A stretch of DNA of 20,000 bases. It comes from Theionarchaea archaeon (lineage in GTDB: Archaea > Methanobacteriota_B > Thermococci > Methanofastidiosales > SZ-28-30). The stretch's first letter is position 1, and each line of letters opens with the position of its first letter. Both the position numbers and the translations under genes were made by a program. The stretch lies in assembly GCA_018992565.1 (NCBI GenBank), contig JACVGW010000005.1:47803-67802 (forward strand), in the 5' to 3' direction. The notes under the pieces are model-generated. The model saw only the letters and a program-made list of their open reading frames with translations, was not told where the DNA came from and made no database searches. Shown here piece by piece: positions 8,506-17,109 of this stretch.

Positions 8506-9966
8506 ATGACACGAGTCCTGATACTGGGATTTGATGGAGCAACATGGGATCTCATAACTCCCCTGATAGCGCAGGACATGCTTCCTACCTTCAAGAACCT
8601 CATGGAAGAGAGCACCTGGGGATACATGGAGAGTACCGTGCCGCCCATGACCATACCTGCATGGATTTCCATGTTTTCAGGGCTGCATCCAGAACAGATG
8701 TGCATGTTTGATTTGAACAAGATAGTGATCAAGGGTGAGATTGTCGAATCACGTATTTTTAACTCAAATGATTCAAAAGGAAACCTCATCTGGGATTTTC
8801 TTTCAAGAGAGAATCTGAAAAGTCTGATCCTGAATATACCAGGGACTTTTCCACCTTACCCGATAGAAGGACATCTCATTGGCCTGGATTACACGCCCAT
8901 GGAAAACTGCACGTATCCAGAAGAACTAGAGAAAGTACTGGAAACAGAGCACGATCTCACAAGAATGAGGGAAAATCAAAAGCAGCTTCATGAGAAAGAG
9001 GAAATTGCCCTAGGGGCAATACAGGAGGAAGAACGTACGATTCTGAGGATTCTGACTTCCTTTTCGGAAAGGTTTTCCTATGATGCTATCTTCATCCGAT
9101 TTGGGATACCAGATCATGTGTCTCATCAGTCAATACGGGACGATGAGATGAAAAAGTGCCACATATTGATGGATACTATGCTGAGAACGGTGCTGGATTC
9201 TATCGAATACGAGTATCTCTTCCTGGTGAGCGATCATGGAATAAGAAAGGAGGATACTGTTTTCTATGTGAATAGATATTTAGAGAAATTGGGCTATTCC
9301 AGGCCCTCATTTGCGCTCCGCATGTTTGCGTACCTGAAACTTCTTCTTGATAGTATTGTAGGAGTCCAGAAGACGAATCAGGTTTTTGACAAAGTTCTGC
9401 ACTTCTTCATGAGAGGGAAGAGCGTTTTCGTGCAGGATAGACTGGAAATGGGTGAAAGTGCTGCTTTCGCATTCTCGGCTGTACCGACTCATTTCTGTCC
9501 CTTCTATGTTGTGGATAAGACCAGAAAGGACGAGATTATTGGGGCGCTGAGAAAGAACAAGTACATCAAGGATATCCAGAAGGTTGACTGCACAGAGTAT
9601 GGACCTTCCGCTATTCTGGAATCCTGCTATCCTATATCTGTGAAACCTTCCTTACGGGAAGTATCTGCTGAATCTCGATGGGTCCATGACATGAGAGCAA
9701 TATTCCTGGTGCATGGCAAGAATATTAAGAAAGGATGCAGGCTTGATTGTAGCATTTATGATATTAGTCCTACAGTGCTTCATGTCTTGGGACTGCCAAT
9801 ACCTGACATCATGAAGGGAAGAGTCCTCACCGAGATACTGGAAGAAACCTCTGAAATCAGGAAAAGAGATCCCCAGTATGTACCCTCTACGTATTATGCC
9901 CCGGGAGTTGAAGAAGGAAAAATCAAAGATACAATCAAGAATCTGAAGATACAAGGTAAGATTTGA
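8506..9966 (+). CDS. Alkaline-phosphatase superfamily protein (type I phosphodiesterase/NPP-like, COG3379 type)
   Basis: ILGFDGA, STVPPMTIPAW (Thr nucleophile), PDHVSH, SDHG, DISPTVL and MKGRVL motifs. Start moved to ATG 8506 because BRE/TATA AAAAGGTATTTATA (8470-8483) lies inside the longer ORF. Confidence 0.88.
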   Translation: MTRVLILGFDGATWDLITPLIAQDMLPTFKNLMEESTWGYMESTVPPMTIPAWISMFSGLHPEQMCMFDLNKIVIKGEIVESRIFNSNDSKGNLIWDFLSRENLKSLILNIPGTFPPYPIEGHLIGLDYTPMENCTYPEELEKVLETEHDLTRMRENQKQLHEKEEIALGAIQEEERTILRILTSFSERFSYDAIFIRFGIPDHVSHQSIRDDEMKKCHILMDTMLRTVLDSIEYEYLFLVSDHGIRKEDTVFYVNRYLEKLGYSRPSFALRMFAYLKLLLDSIVGVQKTNQVFDKVLHFFMRGKSVFVQDRLEMGESAAFAFSAVPTHFCPFYVVDKTRKDEIIGALRKNKYIKDIQKVDCTEYGPSAILESCYPISVKPSLREVSAESRWVHDMRAIFLVHGKNIKKGCRLDCSIYDISPTVLHVLGLPIPDIMKGRVLTEILEETSEIRKRDPQYVPSTYYAPGVEEGKIKDTIKNLKIQGKI

Positions 9967-10039
9967 ACCTGATATCTTCACAGGCTGCATTGCTGTTTCA
10001 AAATGCGACTCGCGAGTTAAAAGAAAAAGAAAGAAAAGT

Positions 10040-10309
10040 CTACGCTTTCTTGATTTCTTCGACTACCATCTCTGGGAGGACCTTGAGGAATGAAGCGATC
10101 GTTCCAAGCATCGAGATGACAGAGCCAACAAACATCAGTATTACACCAAGAATCATCCCGACGAAGGATGCACCTGAATAGGAGGAAGTGACTCCAATCC
10201 CTGATACGAACGCGCCAAGACCTATTATGATTCCTCCAATGATCCACCATATGATTGAGAATCCTACGACTCCAGCTGCGCCTTTAAACGCACGACTCCA
10301 GCTGACCAT
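10040..10309 (-). CDS. Small Gly-rich two-helix membrane protein of unknown function
   Basis: 89 aa with two long hydrophobic segments and a charged C-terminus. GGTGAT SD before ATG 10309; CCAAAG-TATATAA promoter at about 10340-10352. Confidence 0.8.
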   Translation of the reverse strand: MVSWSRAFKGAAGVVGFSIIWWIIGGIIIGLGAFVSGIGVTSSYSGASFVGMILGVILMFVGSVISMLGTIASFLKVLPEMVVEEIKKA

Positions 10310-10533
10310 GTAATCACCACATCTCATTCTGGAGTGCCCTTATATACTTTGGTAATTAGCTCTTTCAGGCACTGACTTATTCCTGACAACTTTCTCAGGA
10401 GCAGAAGAGATCCGTGCTCCCCCCTGTGTTACAGAGCATGTCTGGATATATTTTGATACAGGGATGATGCAAGGTACAATTGCTGGGAGAGCACGGGAAA
10501 AATAATATATGGATGAATTCGTGATTGAATTGA

Positions 10534-11202
10534 CTATTCAGAGTGAATATGGGATGCCAGATCTTTCAAGTCCTCGAATATGTAATCTGGGTTCTCTTCT
10601 TCTAGCCGGGTTCTACTGGACAGTCCAGACAGGACTCCAGCTGTTCTTACTCCTGCCCCTTTTCCTGCCCTGATATCGGAAGGCAAATCACCCACATACA
10701 AGCATTCACCGGGGTCAACCCCCATAAGGTCTACTGCCATGTTAATTGAGGCAGGGTCGGGTTTTTCTCTGGCAACCTCATCTGTCGTCACCACTACTTC
10801 AAAATACTCAGATATGTCTTCTTTCTTGAGGGATTCCTCTGTCCATTTTCGTCCTCTGGCCGTGACAACAGCAAGTCTGAAATCCCTAAGAGCTTCAAGA
10901 GCTTCTCTCACCCCGGGAAGCAATATATTTTCTTCGGTATATTGTGTAAATCGCTTTTCAAAGTAGTCCTTAATCCTCAAGATCCTCAAGGGGCTTTTCC
11001 AGCTTAAGAACCCGTAGTGAAATGCAATAATCAGGAAATTGAACCTGCTCTTTCTTCCACCTAGCATATTCAGAGTCTCACTGATAACGAGATCCACATC
11101 TATGTCCAGATCAAATTCCTTTTTCGTTTCCCTCACAGCTTTCCTTATGGCTTCTGCGGAGTCAAAAAGAGTCCCGTCCACATCAAACAGTATGCACTTC
11201 AC
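10534..11202 (-). CDS. HAD-superfamily hydrolase (phosphoglycolate phosphatase/PpaX-like)
   Basis: FDVDGTL (motif I), VVT (II), KPDP (III), VGDLPSDI (IV); GTG start. Confidence 0.92.
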   Translation of the reverse strand: MKCILFDVDGTLFDSAEAIRKAVRETKKEFDLDIDVDLVISETLNMLGGRKSRFNFLIIAFHYGFLSWKSPLRILRIKDYFEKRFTQYTEENILLPGVREALEALRDFRLAVVTARGRKWTEESLKKEDISEYFEVVVTTDEVAREKPDPASINMAVDLMGVDPGECLYVGDLPSDIRAGKGAGVRTAGVLSGLSSRTRLEEENPDYIFEDLKDLASHIHSE

Positions 11203-11504
11203 ACCTTCGTCCTCGCGGGCACCTATAAATAGGTTTCAGGTGCAGGAGGGAGTCCTTCCCCCTGAATCCTAGCTGGCCTATACTATAGGTGTGGTCCTAC
11301 CAGATGGGCAGAGTAGACTTCAGCGTGAGTGCACATACTTCTCAGGCTGCAGCATTCTGAAGATTTAATCTCAACGAGCGGCCTTATCGAATTATATATC
11401 CAAATAAAGAGATGATAGTTGTTGCTTTATTTCTTCAGAGAGATCATAAAAGAAACTAAAAGAATGAAGAAAAAAGAGAATGAGCATGACCAAGAACGTG
11501 AACA

Positions 11505-11521
11505 GGGTAAATGTTTATAAA
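11505..11521 (+). promoter_or_regulatory. BRE/TATA promoter of the rpl15e-exosome operon
   Basis: GGGTAAATG-TTTATAAA (TATA 11514-11521), predicting a start site near 11540-11545. Confidence 0.7.
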
Positions 11522-11540
11522 GCTCAAGAGAACTTTCTAC

Positions 11541-11583
11541 TACTTCCAAGGATGTGGCTTTACAGCTGAACGTAATGGAGGTA
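11541..11583 (+). ncRNA. Candidate eL15 ribosomal protein leader (cis-regulatory 5' UTR hairpin)
   Basis: UACUUCCA (11541-48) pairs with UGGAGGUA (11576-83), which contains the SD. Inner helices AUGU/ACGU and GGCU/AGCU close a UUAC loop. The position matches the described eL15-Euryarchaeota r-leader class; no model search was run. Confidence 0.65.
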
Positions 11584-11588
11584 TTACC

Positions 11589-12149
11589 ATGGGTTACTAT
11601 AAATATGTAAGAGAAGCATGGAAATCCCCTGAAAAATCATATGTAAAGAGTCTGATGTGGCAGCGAATGCCAGAATGGAGACGAGAGAACGTTATTACCC
11701 GGATAGAGAGGCCCACCCGGCCTGATAGGGCACGTTCATTAGGATATAAAGCCAAACCAGGCTTTGTTGTGGTGAGGGCCCGGGTGCGTCGAGGTGGGAG
11801 GAGAAAGTCAAGACCCAACTCTCACCGGAAACCTGCCAGCATGGGTATCAAGAAGATCACCATGAGGAAGAATATCAGATGGATGGCTGAAGAGAGGGTG
11901 GCCAAAAAATACCCCAATATGGAGGTTTTGAACTCGTACTGGGTAGGTCAGGACGGAAGACACAAGTACTTCGAGGTCATTCTGGTTGACCCGAATCATC
12001 CTGCCATACAGAGTGATGCTGAGCTCTCCTGGGTACAGAATCAGGGAGACCGGGCTCTACGAGGAAAGACCAGTGCTGCCAAGAAGAGCAGGGGACTTCG
12101 AGCAAAGGGAAAGGGCTCTGAGCGCAACAGACCACATAAGCTGCGATGA
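11589..12149 (+). CDS. rpl15e: 50S ribosomal protein eL15
   Basis: [40 protein letters not shown] and RGKTSA motifs; SD GGAGGT at 11577-11582. Confidence 0.98.
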   Translation: MGYYKYVREAWKSPEKSYVKSLMWQRMPEWRRENVITRIERPTRPDRARSLGYKAKPGFVVVRARVRRGGRRKSRPNSHRKPASMGIKKITMRKNIRWMAEERVAKKYPNMEVLNSYWVGQDGRHKYFEVILVDPNHPAIQSDAELSWVQNQGDRALRGKTSAAKKSRGLRAKGKGSERNRPHKLR

Positions 12150-12556
12150 TAGAAATTGATCATATTACACTACAGGCCCTGTGTCACGCCACAGAGAGCG
12201 AAGACAAGGTGCTGGAGGCTTTGCACGTACTGTATCCTCATTTCAAGAAGCAGGAAGCCACCGGTCACTTTGGCAATCCCATCTACATTTTTGAAGCTCA
12301 CGTCAGCAGAAAAAAGGAGTTAAGGGATTTACTATCTTTAGTTGAGAAGGAACTCGCTCCACAGTTGGGAAAGAACATACGCAGGAGAGTTGACAGGAAG
12401 GGGAACCTGTACATTCGAGTTGACAAACAGGAATTAGCCTGTAAGAACCTGGTGGTAAATGACAGGGGAGATGTCAAGATAGTCATCCACATTCAGAGCT
12501 ACCCTTTCAGACTGGAGGATGCGATTCAGTATGCAGAGGACCTATTTAGCCATTGA
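12146..12556 (+). CDS. Exosome-operon RNA-binding protein (DUF54/COG1325 family)
   Basis: [17 protein letters not shown] and LYIRVDKQ motifs; canonical position after rpl15e with ATGA overlap. Confidence 0.88.
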   Translation: MIEIDHITLQALCHATESEDKVLEALHVLYPHFKKQEATGHFGNPIYIFEAHVSRKKELRDLLSLVEKELAPQLGKNIRRRVDRKGNLYIRVDKQELACKNLVVNDRGDVKIVIHIQSYPFRLEDAIQYAEDLFSH

Positions 12557-13097
12557 TTTGAGGGGGTACCCCTCACCGCTGTATCAAACCGTATGTCAGG
12601 TGGTGCCGGCAGAGGATTACATTCGGGGTTCTGCACATTCCAGAGCAGTACAGGGAGTGGAGGTGGAGGCTGTCTCGCAGCTAAAGGGGTTATCTGATAC
12701 TCTGCTGGTGTTTGCAGGTGGAGGTACATCACACAGGAACCGCGCCTTCTTGAAAACAAAGAGAATTGATGTTCTGTCCCACCCGTATCCTTTTGATTCT
12801 TTTCAGGCAAGACTTGCGGCAGAGGATCACATTGCTATAGAATTATGTTTTGCGGATGTTCTTTTCACCAGGGGGTACCTCAGGGCTCAAGTACTGAGAC
12901 GGTTGTCCACGACAGTAAGGCTCTCTAAGAAGTATCATGCTCCCCTCATTATCACCAGCGGGGCTTCGTGCGAAAGAGAGGTGGTGACGCCCAGGACTCT
13001 GGTGGCTTTTGGCCGCATTCTGGGAATGGAATATAACGAAGCCAAGGCATCCATTTGGAACATCCCAGGAAAAGTACTTGAGGGATTTGAATGGTAA
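12531..13097 (+). CDS. rnp3: Ribonuclease P protein component 3 (Rpp30)
   Basis: NRAFL..RIDVLSHP, LAAE.HIAIE, LIITSGA and PRTL motifs plus synteny. Start uncertain; ATG 12531 has GGAGG 12 nt upstream. Confidence 0.85.
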   Translation: MQRTYLAIDLRGYPSPLYQTVCQVVPAEDYIRGSAHSRAVQGVEVEAVSQLKGLSDTLLVFAGGGTSHRNRAFLKTKRIDVLSHPYPFDSFQARLAAEDHIAIELCFADVLFTRGYLRAQVLRRLSTTVRLSKKYHAPLIITSGASCEREVVTPRTLVAFGRILGMEYNEAKASIWNIPGKVLEGFEW

Positions 13098-13402
13098 AAA
13101 AGACGTTGCGGGAGAAGAGACGCTACATTCTATTCGAACTGACTTCTGAGGAAAGCTTTAAAAGGGGGGAAATTGTTACAGGTATATGGAATTCCTGTCT
13201 GGAATTCCTAGGAGAATGTGGCGTGTCAAAGACATCTCTGTGGGTACATGAGTACGAGGATAACCAGGGAATTGTCTCCTGCAATACCCACAGTGTAGAT
13301 GAAGTCATTATGTGTCTTTCTCTAATTCAAGGCATTGAGAAAAAAGAAGCGCGTCTTCGAATCAAAGGTGTATCAGGAACAATAAGAGGATTGAAACAGT
13401 AG
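13091..13402 (+). CDS. rnp2: Ribonuclease P protein component 2 (Pop5/Rpp14)
   Basis: LREKRRYILF, FLGECG and GVSGTIR motifs. Confidence 0.93.
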   Translation: MVKKTLREKRRYILFELTSEESFKRGEIVTGIWNSCLEFLGECGVSKTSLWVHEYEDNQGIVSCNTHSVDEVIMCLSLIQGIEKKEARLRIKGVSGTIRGLKQ

Positions 13403-13410
13403 GTGTAAGT

Positions 13411-14085
13411 ATGGTTTCTGTGGATGAAGCAGTGATAGCACGGTTAAAATCACATGGTGAAAAATTCGAAATTCTGGTGGACCCCCGTATTGTAAACGAG
13501 GACATTCCTGTAGAAGATGCTTTGGCAGCTGAATATGTGTTCTCAGATGCAGGTACGGGAGACAGGGCTTCGCAGGAAAGCCTCACCAAAGTTTTCAATA
13601 CTACCAATGTCCTGGAGATTGCCAGGACAATAATTAAGAAAGGCGAAATTCAACTGACCACAGAACAGAGAAAAGCCATGCTGGAAGAAAAGCGAAGGAA
13701 AATTGTGCAGCTGATTGCGAGGAATGCCGTAGATCCCCGAACCAGATCTCCTCACCCTCCTCACCGCATTGAGAATGCCATGGAACAGGCGCGAATACAC
13801 ATCGATCTTATGAGCAGCGCGGAAGAGCAGATGGCGGGGATTATCAAGCAATTACGACCGCTCCTGCCTCTCCGGGTGGAAACCAAGAAGGTAGCAGTAA
13901 GGATACCCGCTGCCTACACAGGGAAGTACTACCAGGTGAAGGAGTTTGGCACGGTAACGAGAGAGGAGTGGCAGAAGGATGGATCATATATTGCTGTCCT
14001 GGAAATTCCAGGTGGCATGGAAGAGGAGTTCTACGAAAGAATCAATGCTATGACAAAAGGAGAAGCTGAAACCAAATTGTTATGA
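13411..14085 (+). CDS. sdo1: Ribosome maturation protein SBDS/Sdo1
   Basis: ARLKSHGEKFEILVDP, KGEIQLTTEQR and DPRTRSPHPPHRIENAM motifs. Confidence 0.96.
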   Translation: MVSVDEAVIARLKSHGEKFEILVDPRIVNEDIPVEDALAAEYVFSDAGTGDRASQESLTKVFNTTNVLEIARTIIKKGEIQLTTEQRKAMLEEKRRKIVQLIARNAVDPRTRSPHPPHRIENAMEQARIHIDLMSSAEEQMAGIIKQLRPLLPLRVETKKVAVRIPAAYTGKYYQVKEFGTVTREEWQKDGSYIAVLEIPGGMEEEFYERINAMTKGEAETKLL

Positions 14086-14094
14086 GGGTTGTCC

Positions 14095-14733
14095 ATGATA
14101 TATGCGAACAATAAGGATCTGGTAGTGCCAGGCATGTTGCTGGCAGAGGGCGACTACATCAATGAAGATGGAACCCACAAAGACAAGGGAAAGATCTATG
14201 CAAGTGTCGTGGGTATCTGTTATGTTGACCACCGGAAGATCCGTGTGGTCGCTCTTGAAGGAAAATATATACCAAAATCAGGAGATACCATTATAGGGGT
14301 CGTAACTGGAGAGAGACTCAGTGGATGGACCGTGGATATCAACTCACCGTATAATGCAAGTCTGAGCCAGAGAGACATCCACGTTGGCAGGTTCGATACA
14401 CTCAAAGTAGGAGATTTGATTTCTGCCAAGATTGTGAAAGTCACTGAGACATTTGATATTTCTCTCTATGCCAAGAGGCCCCATGGAAGACTGAATGAGG
14501 GTATACTTGTGGAAATTCATTCCTCCAGAGTCCCCCGACTGATTGGTAGAAGAGGCAGCATGATCAAGCTGATAAAAGAAAAGACGGGGAGTATTATATC
14601 GGTAGGCCAGAATGGTCTGGTCTGGATCAGAGGAGGAAACGAAGAGCTGGCAGCACAGGCATGTCAAATGGTGGACAGAGAAGCACATATTCCTGGATTG
14701 ACAGACAGGGTCAGTGGATTTCTGAGTAGGTGA
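14095..14733 (+). CDS. rrp4: Exosome cap RNA-binding protein Rrp4
   Basis: LVVPGMLL, YIPKSGDTIIG, WTVDINSPY (S1 domain), VPRLIGRRGSMI and VGQNGLVWI (KH domain). Confidence 0.96.
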   Translation: MIYANNKDLVVPGMLLAEGDYINEDGTHKDKGKIYASVVGICYVDHRKIRVVALEGKYIPKSGDTIIGVVTGERLSGWTVDINSPYNASLSQRDIHVGRFDTLKVGDLISAKIVKVTETFDISLYAKRPHGRLNEGILVEIHSSRVPRLIGRRGSMIKLIKEKTGSIISVGQNGLVWIRGGNEELAAQACQMVDREAHIPGLTDRVSGFLSR

Positions 14734-14737
14734 TTAA

Positions 14738-15430
14738 ATGGAACGTGTTGATGGAAGACGCTTTGATGAACTGCGTCCAATAAAGATAGAGGCAGGAGTG
14801 CTGAAGCGAGCAGATGGATCTTGCTACATTGAGTGGGGTAAGAATAAGATATATGCGGCAGTTTACGGCCCAAAGAAGGTTCTGCCACGGCACCTGGAAA
14901 AAGATGATCGGGCCATCTTGCGCTGCAGGTACAATATGGCCCCCTTTTCTGTGGAAGAGAGGAAGAGGCCTGGTCCCGATCGCCGAGCAGTTGAGATAGG
15001 AAAGGTTATGCAGGGTGCTTTAGAACCAGCTATTCTTATGCATTACTATCCAAAATCAATGATTGAGATCTCTGTGGAGGTTGTTCAGGCCAATGCGGGC
15101 ACTCGATGTGCTGGAATCACAGCAGTTTCTGTAGCATTGGCAGATGCAGGGATACCAATGCGTGATTTGGTTCCTTCCTGTGCTGCGGGGAAGGTTGATG
15201 GTCAGGTAATTCTGGATCTGGCCAAGGAAGAAGATAACTCTGGAGAAGCAGATATGCCGGTAGCCATTATTCCCCGACTTAACCAGATTACGCTGCTACA
15301 GATGGATGGAAAACTCACTGAGCAGGAAGTTGAACAGGCAATTACGCTGGCTATGCAAGGATGTCAGCAGGTATATCAATTGCAGATTGATGCATTACGA
15401 AGAAAATATGCGGGTGCTGAATATGAGTGA
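14738..15430 (+). CDS. rrp41: Exosome catalytic subunit Rrp41
   Basis: [38 protein letters not shown] and [10 protein letters not shown] motifs. Confidence 0.97.
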   Translation: MERVDGRRFDELRPIKIEAGVLKRADGSCYIEWGKNKIYAAVYGPKKVLPRHLEKDDRAILRCRYNMAPFSVEERKRPGPDRRAVEIGKVMQGALEPAILMHYYPKSMIEISVEVVQANAGTRCAGITAVSVALADAGIPMRDLVPSCAAGKVDGQVILDLAKEEDNSGEADMPVAIIPRLNQITLLQMDGKLTEQEVEQAITLAMQGCQQVYQLQIDALRRKYAGAEYE

Positions 15431-16214
15431 GATTCTACCGTTAATCAGAAAGGAATACCTGATAAGTCTAGCCAAGGAAGGAAAACGAGAAGACGAACGT
15501 GCTCTGGATGAGTATCGCCCCCTGGACATACGGGTCAATGTGGTGGACAAGGCGGAAGGATCTGCTCTGGTGTCCCTGGGAGGTACCATGGTGTTTGCAG
15601 GGATAAAAGTAGATGTAGGTGAACCATACCCTGATACTCCCGAGGATGGAGTGATGATCACAGGGGCAGAATTGATCCCCATGGCAGCACCTGATTTTGA
15701 AGCAGGTCCACCTGGAGAGGAGGCAGTAGAAGTTGCCCGCGTGGTTGACAGAGGTATCAGGGAATCCAAGGCGCTGGACACGAAAGCTCTCTGCGTCAGA
15801 GAGAATGAGCTGGTGAGACTGGTGTTCGTGGACTTGCATGTCATGGACTATGATGGAAACCTGATTGATGCGTGTGGAGTTGCAGCAATGTCTGCTCTGG
15901 CCACCTGTCAGATGCCTGTTCTGGATGAGAACGACAAACCTACAGAAGAGAGGTTACCCTTGCCAGTACATGACCTGGCGGTGCCCTGCACCTTTGTCAA
16001 ACTGGGAGATTCCTTGCTGCTGGACCCCTCACTGGATGAAGAGAAAGCGCTTGACTCGCGCATCACTGTGGCCACTGATCAAGAGCACCACGTCTGTGCT
16101 ATGCAGAAGAGCAATATCGGAGGATTCAGTCTGGAAGAAGTCATGCATGCAGTTAGAGTATCTACTGCCAGGGGCGAGGAAATCAGAGGCTTGATGAAAG
16201 AGGCGATGAAATGA
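15423..16214 (+). CDS. rrp42: Exosome subunit Rrp42
   Basis: [47 protein letters not shown] and [10 protein letters not shown] motifs. ATG 15423 overlaps the end of rrp41. Confidence 0.97.
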   Translation: MSEILPLIRKEYLISLAKEGKREDERALDEYRPLDIRVNVVDKAEGSALVSLGGTMVFAGIKVDVGEPYPDTPEDGVMITGAELIPMAAPDFEAGPPGEEAVEVARVVDRGIRESKALDTKALCVRENELVRLVFVDLHVMDYDGNLIDACGVAAMSALATCQMPVLDENDKPTEERLPLPVHDLAVPCTFVKLGDSLLLDPSLDEEKALDSRITVATDQEHHVCAMQKSNIGGFSLEEVMHAVRVSTARGEEIRGLMKEAMK

Positions 16215-16453
16215 GCAGATTTGGAGCAAGATATGGACGGAAGCTGAGAAAAAGGGTGGAGGAAATAGAGAGAAAAATGAAGAGAAAGCACAAATGTCCC
16301 CAGTGTGGGAGAAATGCTGTCACCCGGACCTCCACCAGTATCTGGAAATGCTCAAAGTGCGGGACTACTTTCACGGGAGGCGCCTACCTCCCGGAGACGC
16401 CAACGGGCAAGATTGTCAAGCGGACCATGAAGAGGCTCAGCGAGGGTGCCTAG
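16211..16453 (+). CDS. rpl37ae: 50S ribosomal protein eL43 (L37Ae)
   Basis: RFGARYG, CPQCG...IWKCSKCG zinc ribbon, FTGGAY. Confidence 0.97.
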   Translation: MSRFGARYGRKLRKRVEEIERKMKRKHKCPQCGRNAVTRTSTSIWKCSKCGTTFTGGAYLPETPTGKIVKRTMKRLSEGA

Positions 16454-16594
16454 ATGTACATTTGTGTTACCTGTGGGAAGCTCATGTCCAGAGAAGAGAT
16501 CGAAATGCCCCACGGTGTCAAGTGCCCGTATTGTAATGGGAAGGTGTTCAGGAAGGCACGGCCTGACTGGTCAAAAAAAGTGGAAGCCCGATGA
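16454..16594 (+). CDS. rpoP: DNA-directed RNA polymerase subunit P (Rpo12)
   Basis: Hand-translated 46 aa, below the track cutoff: MYICVTCGKLMSREEIEMPHGVKCPYCNGKVFRKARPDWSKKVEAR. C4 zinc ribbon in the canonical slot; abuts the rpl37ae stop and overlaps the next gene by ATGA. Confidence 0.95.
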   Translation: MYICVTCGKLMSREEIEMPHGVKCPYCNGKVFRKARPDWSKKVEAR

Positions 16595-17109
16595 TTATTA
16601 CCACATCGAGACGGCCCAGCACCAGGAGCAGGCGCATCTGTAAAGAGTTACACGATGTTATACCTTTATCCTGCTATATTGTCCGAGGCAAGAAAGGGAT
16701 GAGAGAGCTCATTCAGTCATCTGTTGAGAAAGGGGCGGACAGAATTCTCCTAGTCCATGCCGCAGGTGATACGTGTACACTCCTCTTCTATGAGGAGTGG
16801 AACCTTCTGGGTTCTATGAAGTGCTCTGCAGTTTTGAGGAGGGAGCTTGGCATGGGCAGAATAAGGCCCATCCAGGAAGATCTCCCTTTTGTGTTGTTGA
16901 CATCAGACCCGGGAGCAGGGAATATCGCCGGCCTCTTTGGTGCAGAATTCAGAGGGTCAGACTGTGAATTGCATGGTGACCCGACTGCATACCTTCACTA
17001 CCACCAGGATGTTCTTGATTTTTACAGGCTTGATATCTCTGATGGACCAGTAGGTCCAAGGATTATTGTCAGGGAGATTAATTATGAAGGGTATTCAGGC
17101 AACAATTAA
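16591..17109 (+). CDS. Brix/Imp4-family ribosome biogenesis protein
   Basis: MIITTSRRPSTRSRR and RGKKG Brix signature; follows rpoP. Confidence 0.88.
   Translation: MIITTSRRPSTRSRRICKELHDVIPLSCYIVRGKKGMRELIQSSVEKGADRILLVHAAGDTCTLLFYEEWNLLGSMKCSAVLRRELGMGRIRPIQEDLPFVLLTSDPGAGNIAGLFGAEFRGSDCELHGDPTAYLHYHQDVLDFYRLDISDGPVGPRIIVREINYEGYSGNN

Noticed and set aside
10462..10533. GGATGATG as a C/D-box sRNA box C
   Set aside because: Imperfect box C and no downstream CTGA box D at a suitable distance.
1557..11248. 13-bp TCAGGTGCAGGAG present at 11236-11248 (+) and 1557-1569 (-), both intergenic
   Set aside because: A 13-mer match is expected by chance in 20 kb, and the similarity does not extend into the flanks.
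11236..11256. TCAGG…AGGAGGGAG resembling SRP RNA helix 8
   Set aside because: The GNRA-closing stem and AGCAG partner are absent, and there is no ~300-nt GC-rich body.
8443..15422. Longer ORF-track starts for AlkP (8443), rpl15e (11511) and rrp42 (15306)
   Set aside because: The extensions cover TATA boxes or the upstream gene; family N-termini, SDs and overlaps point to 8506, 11589 and 15423.
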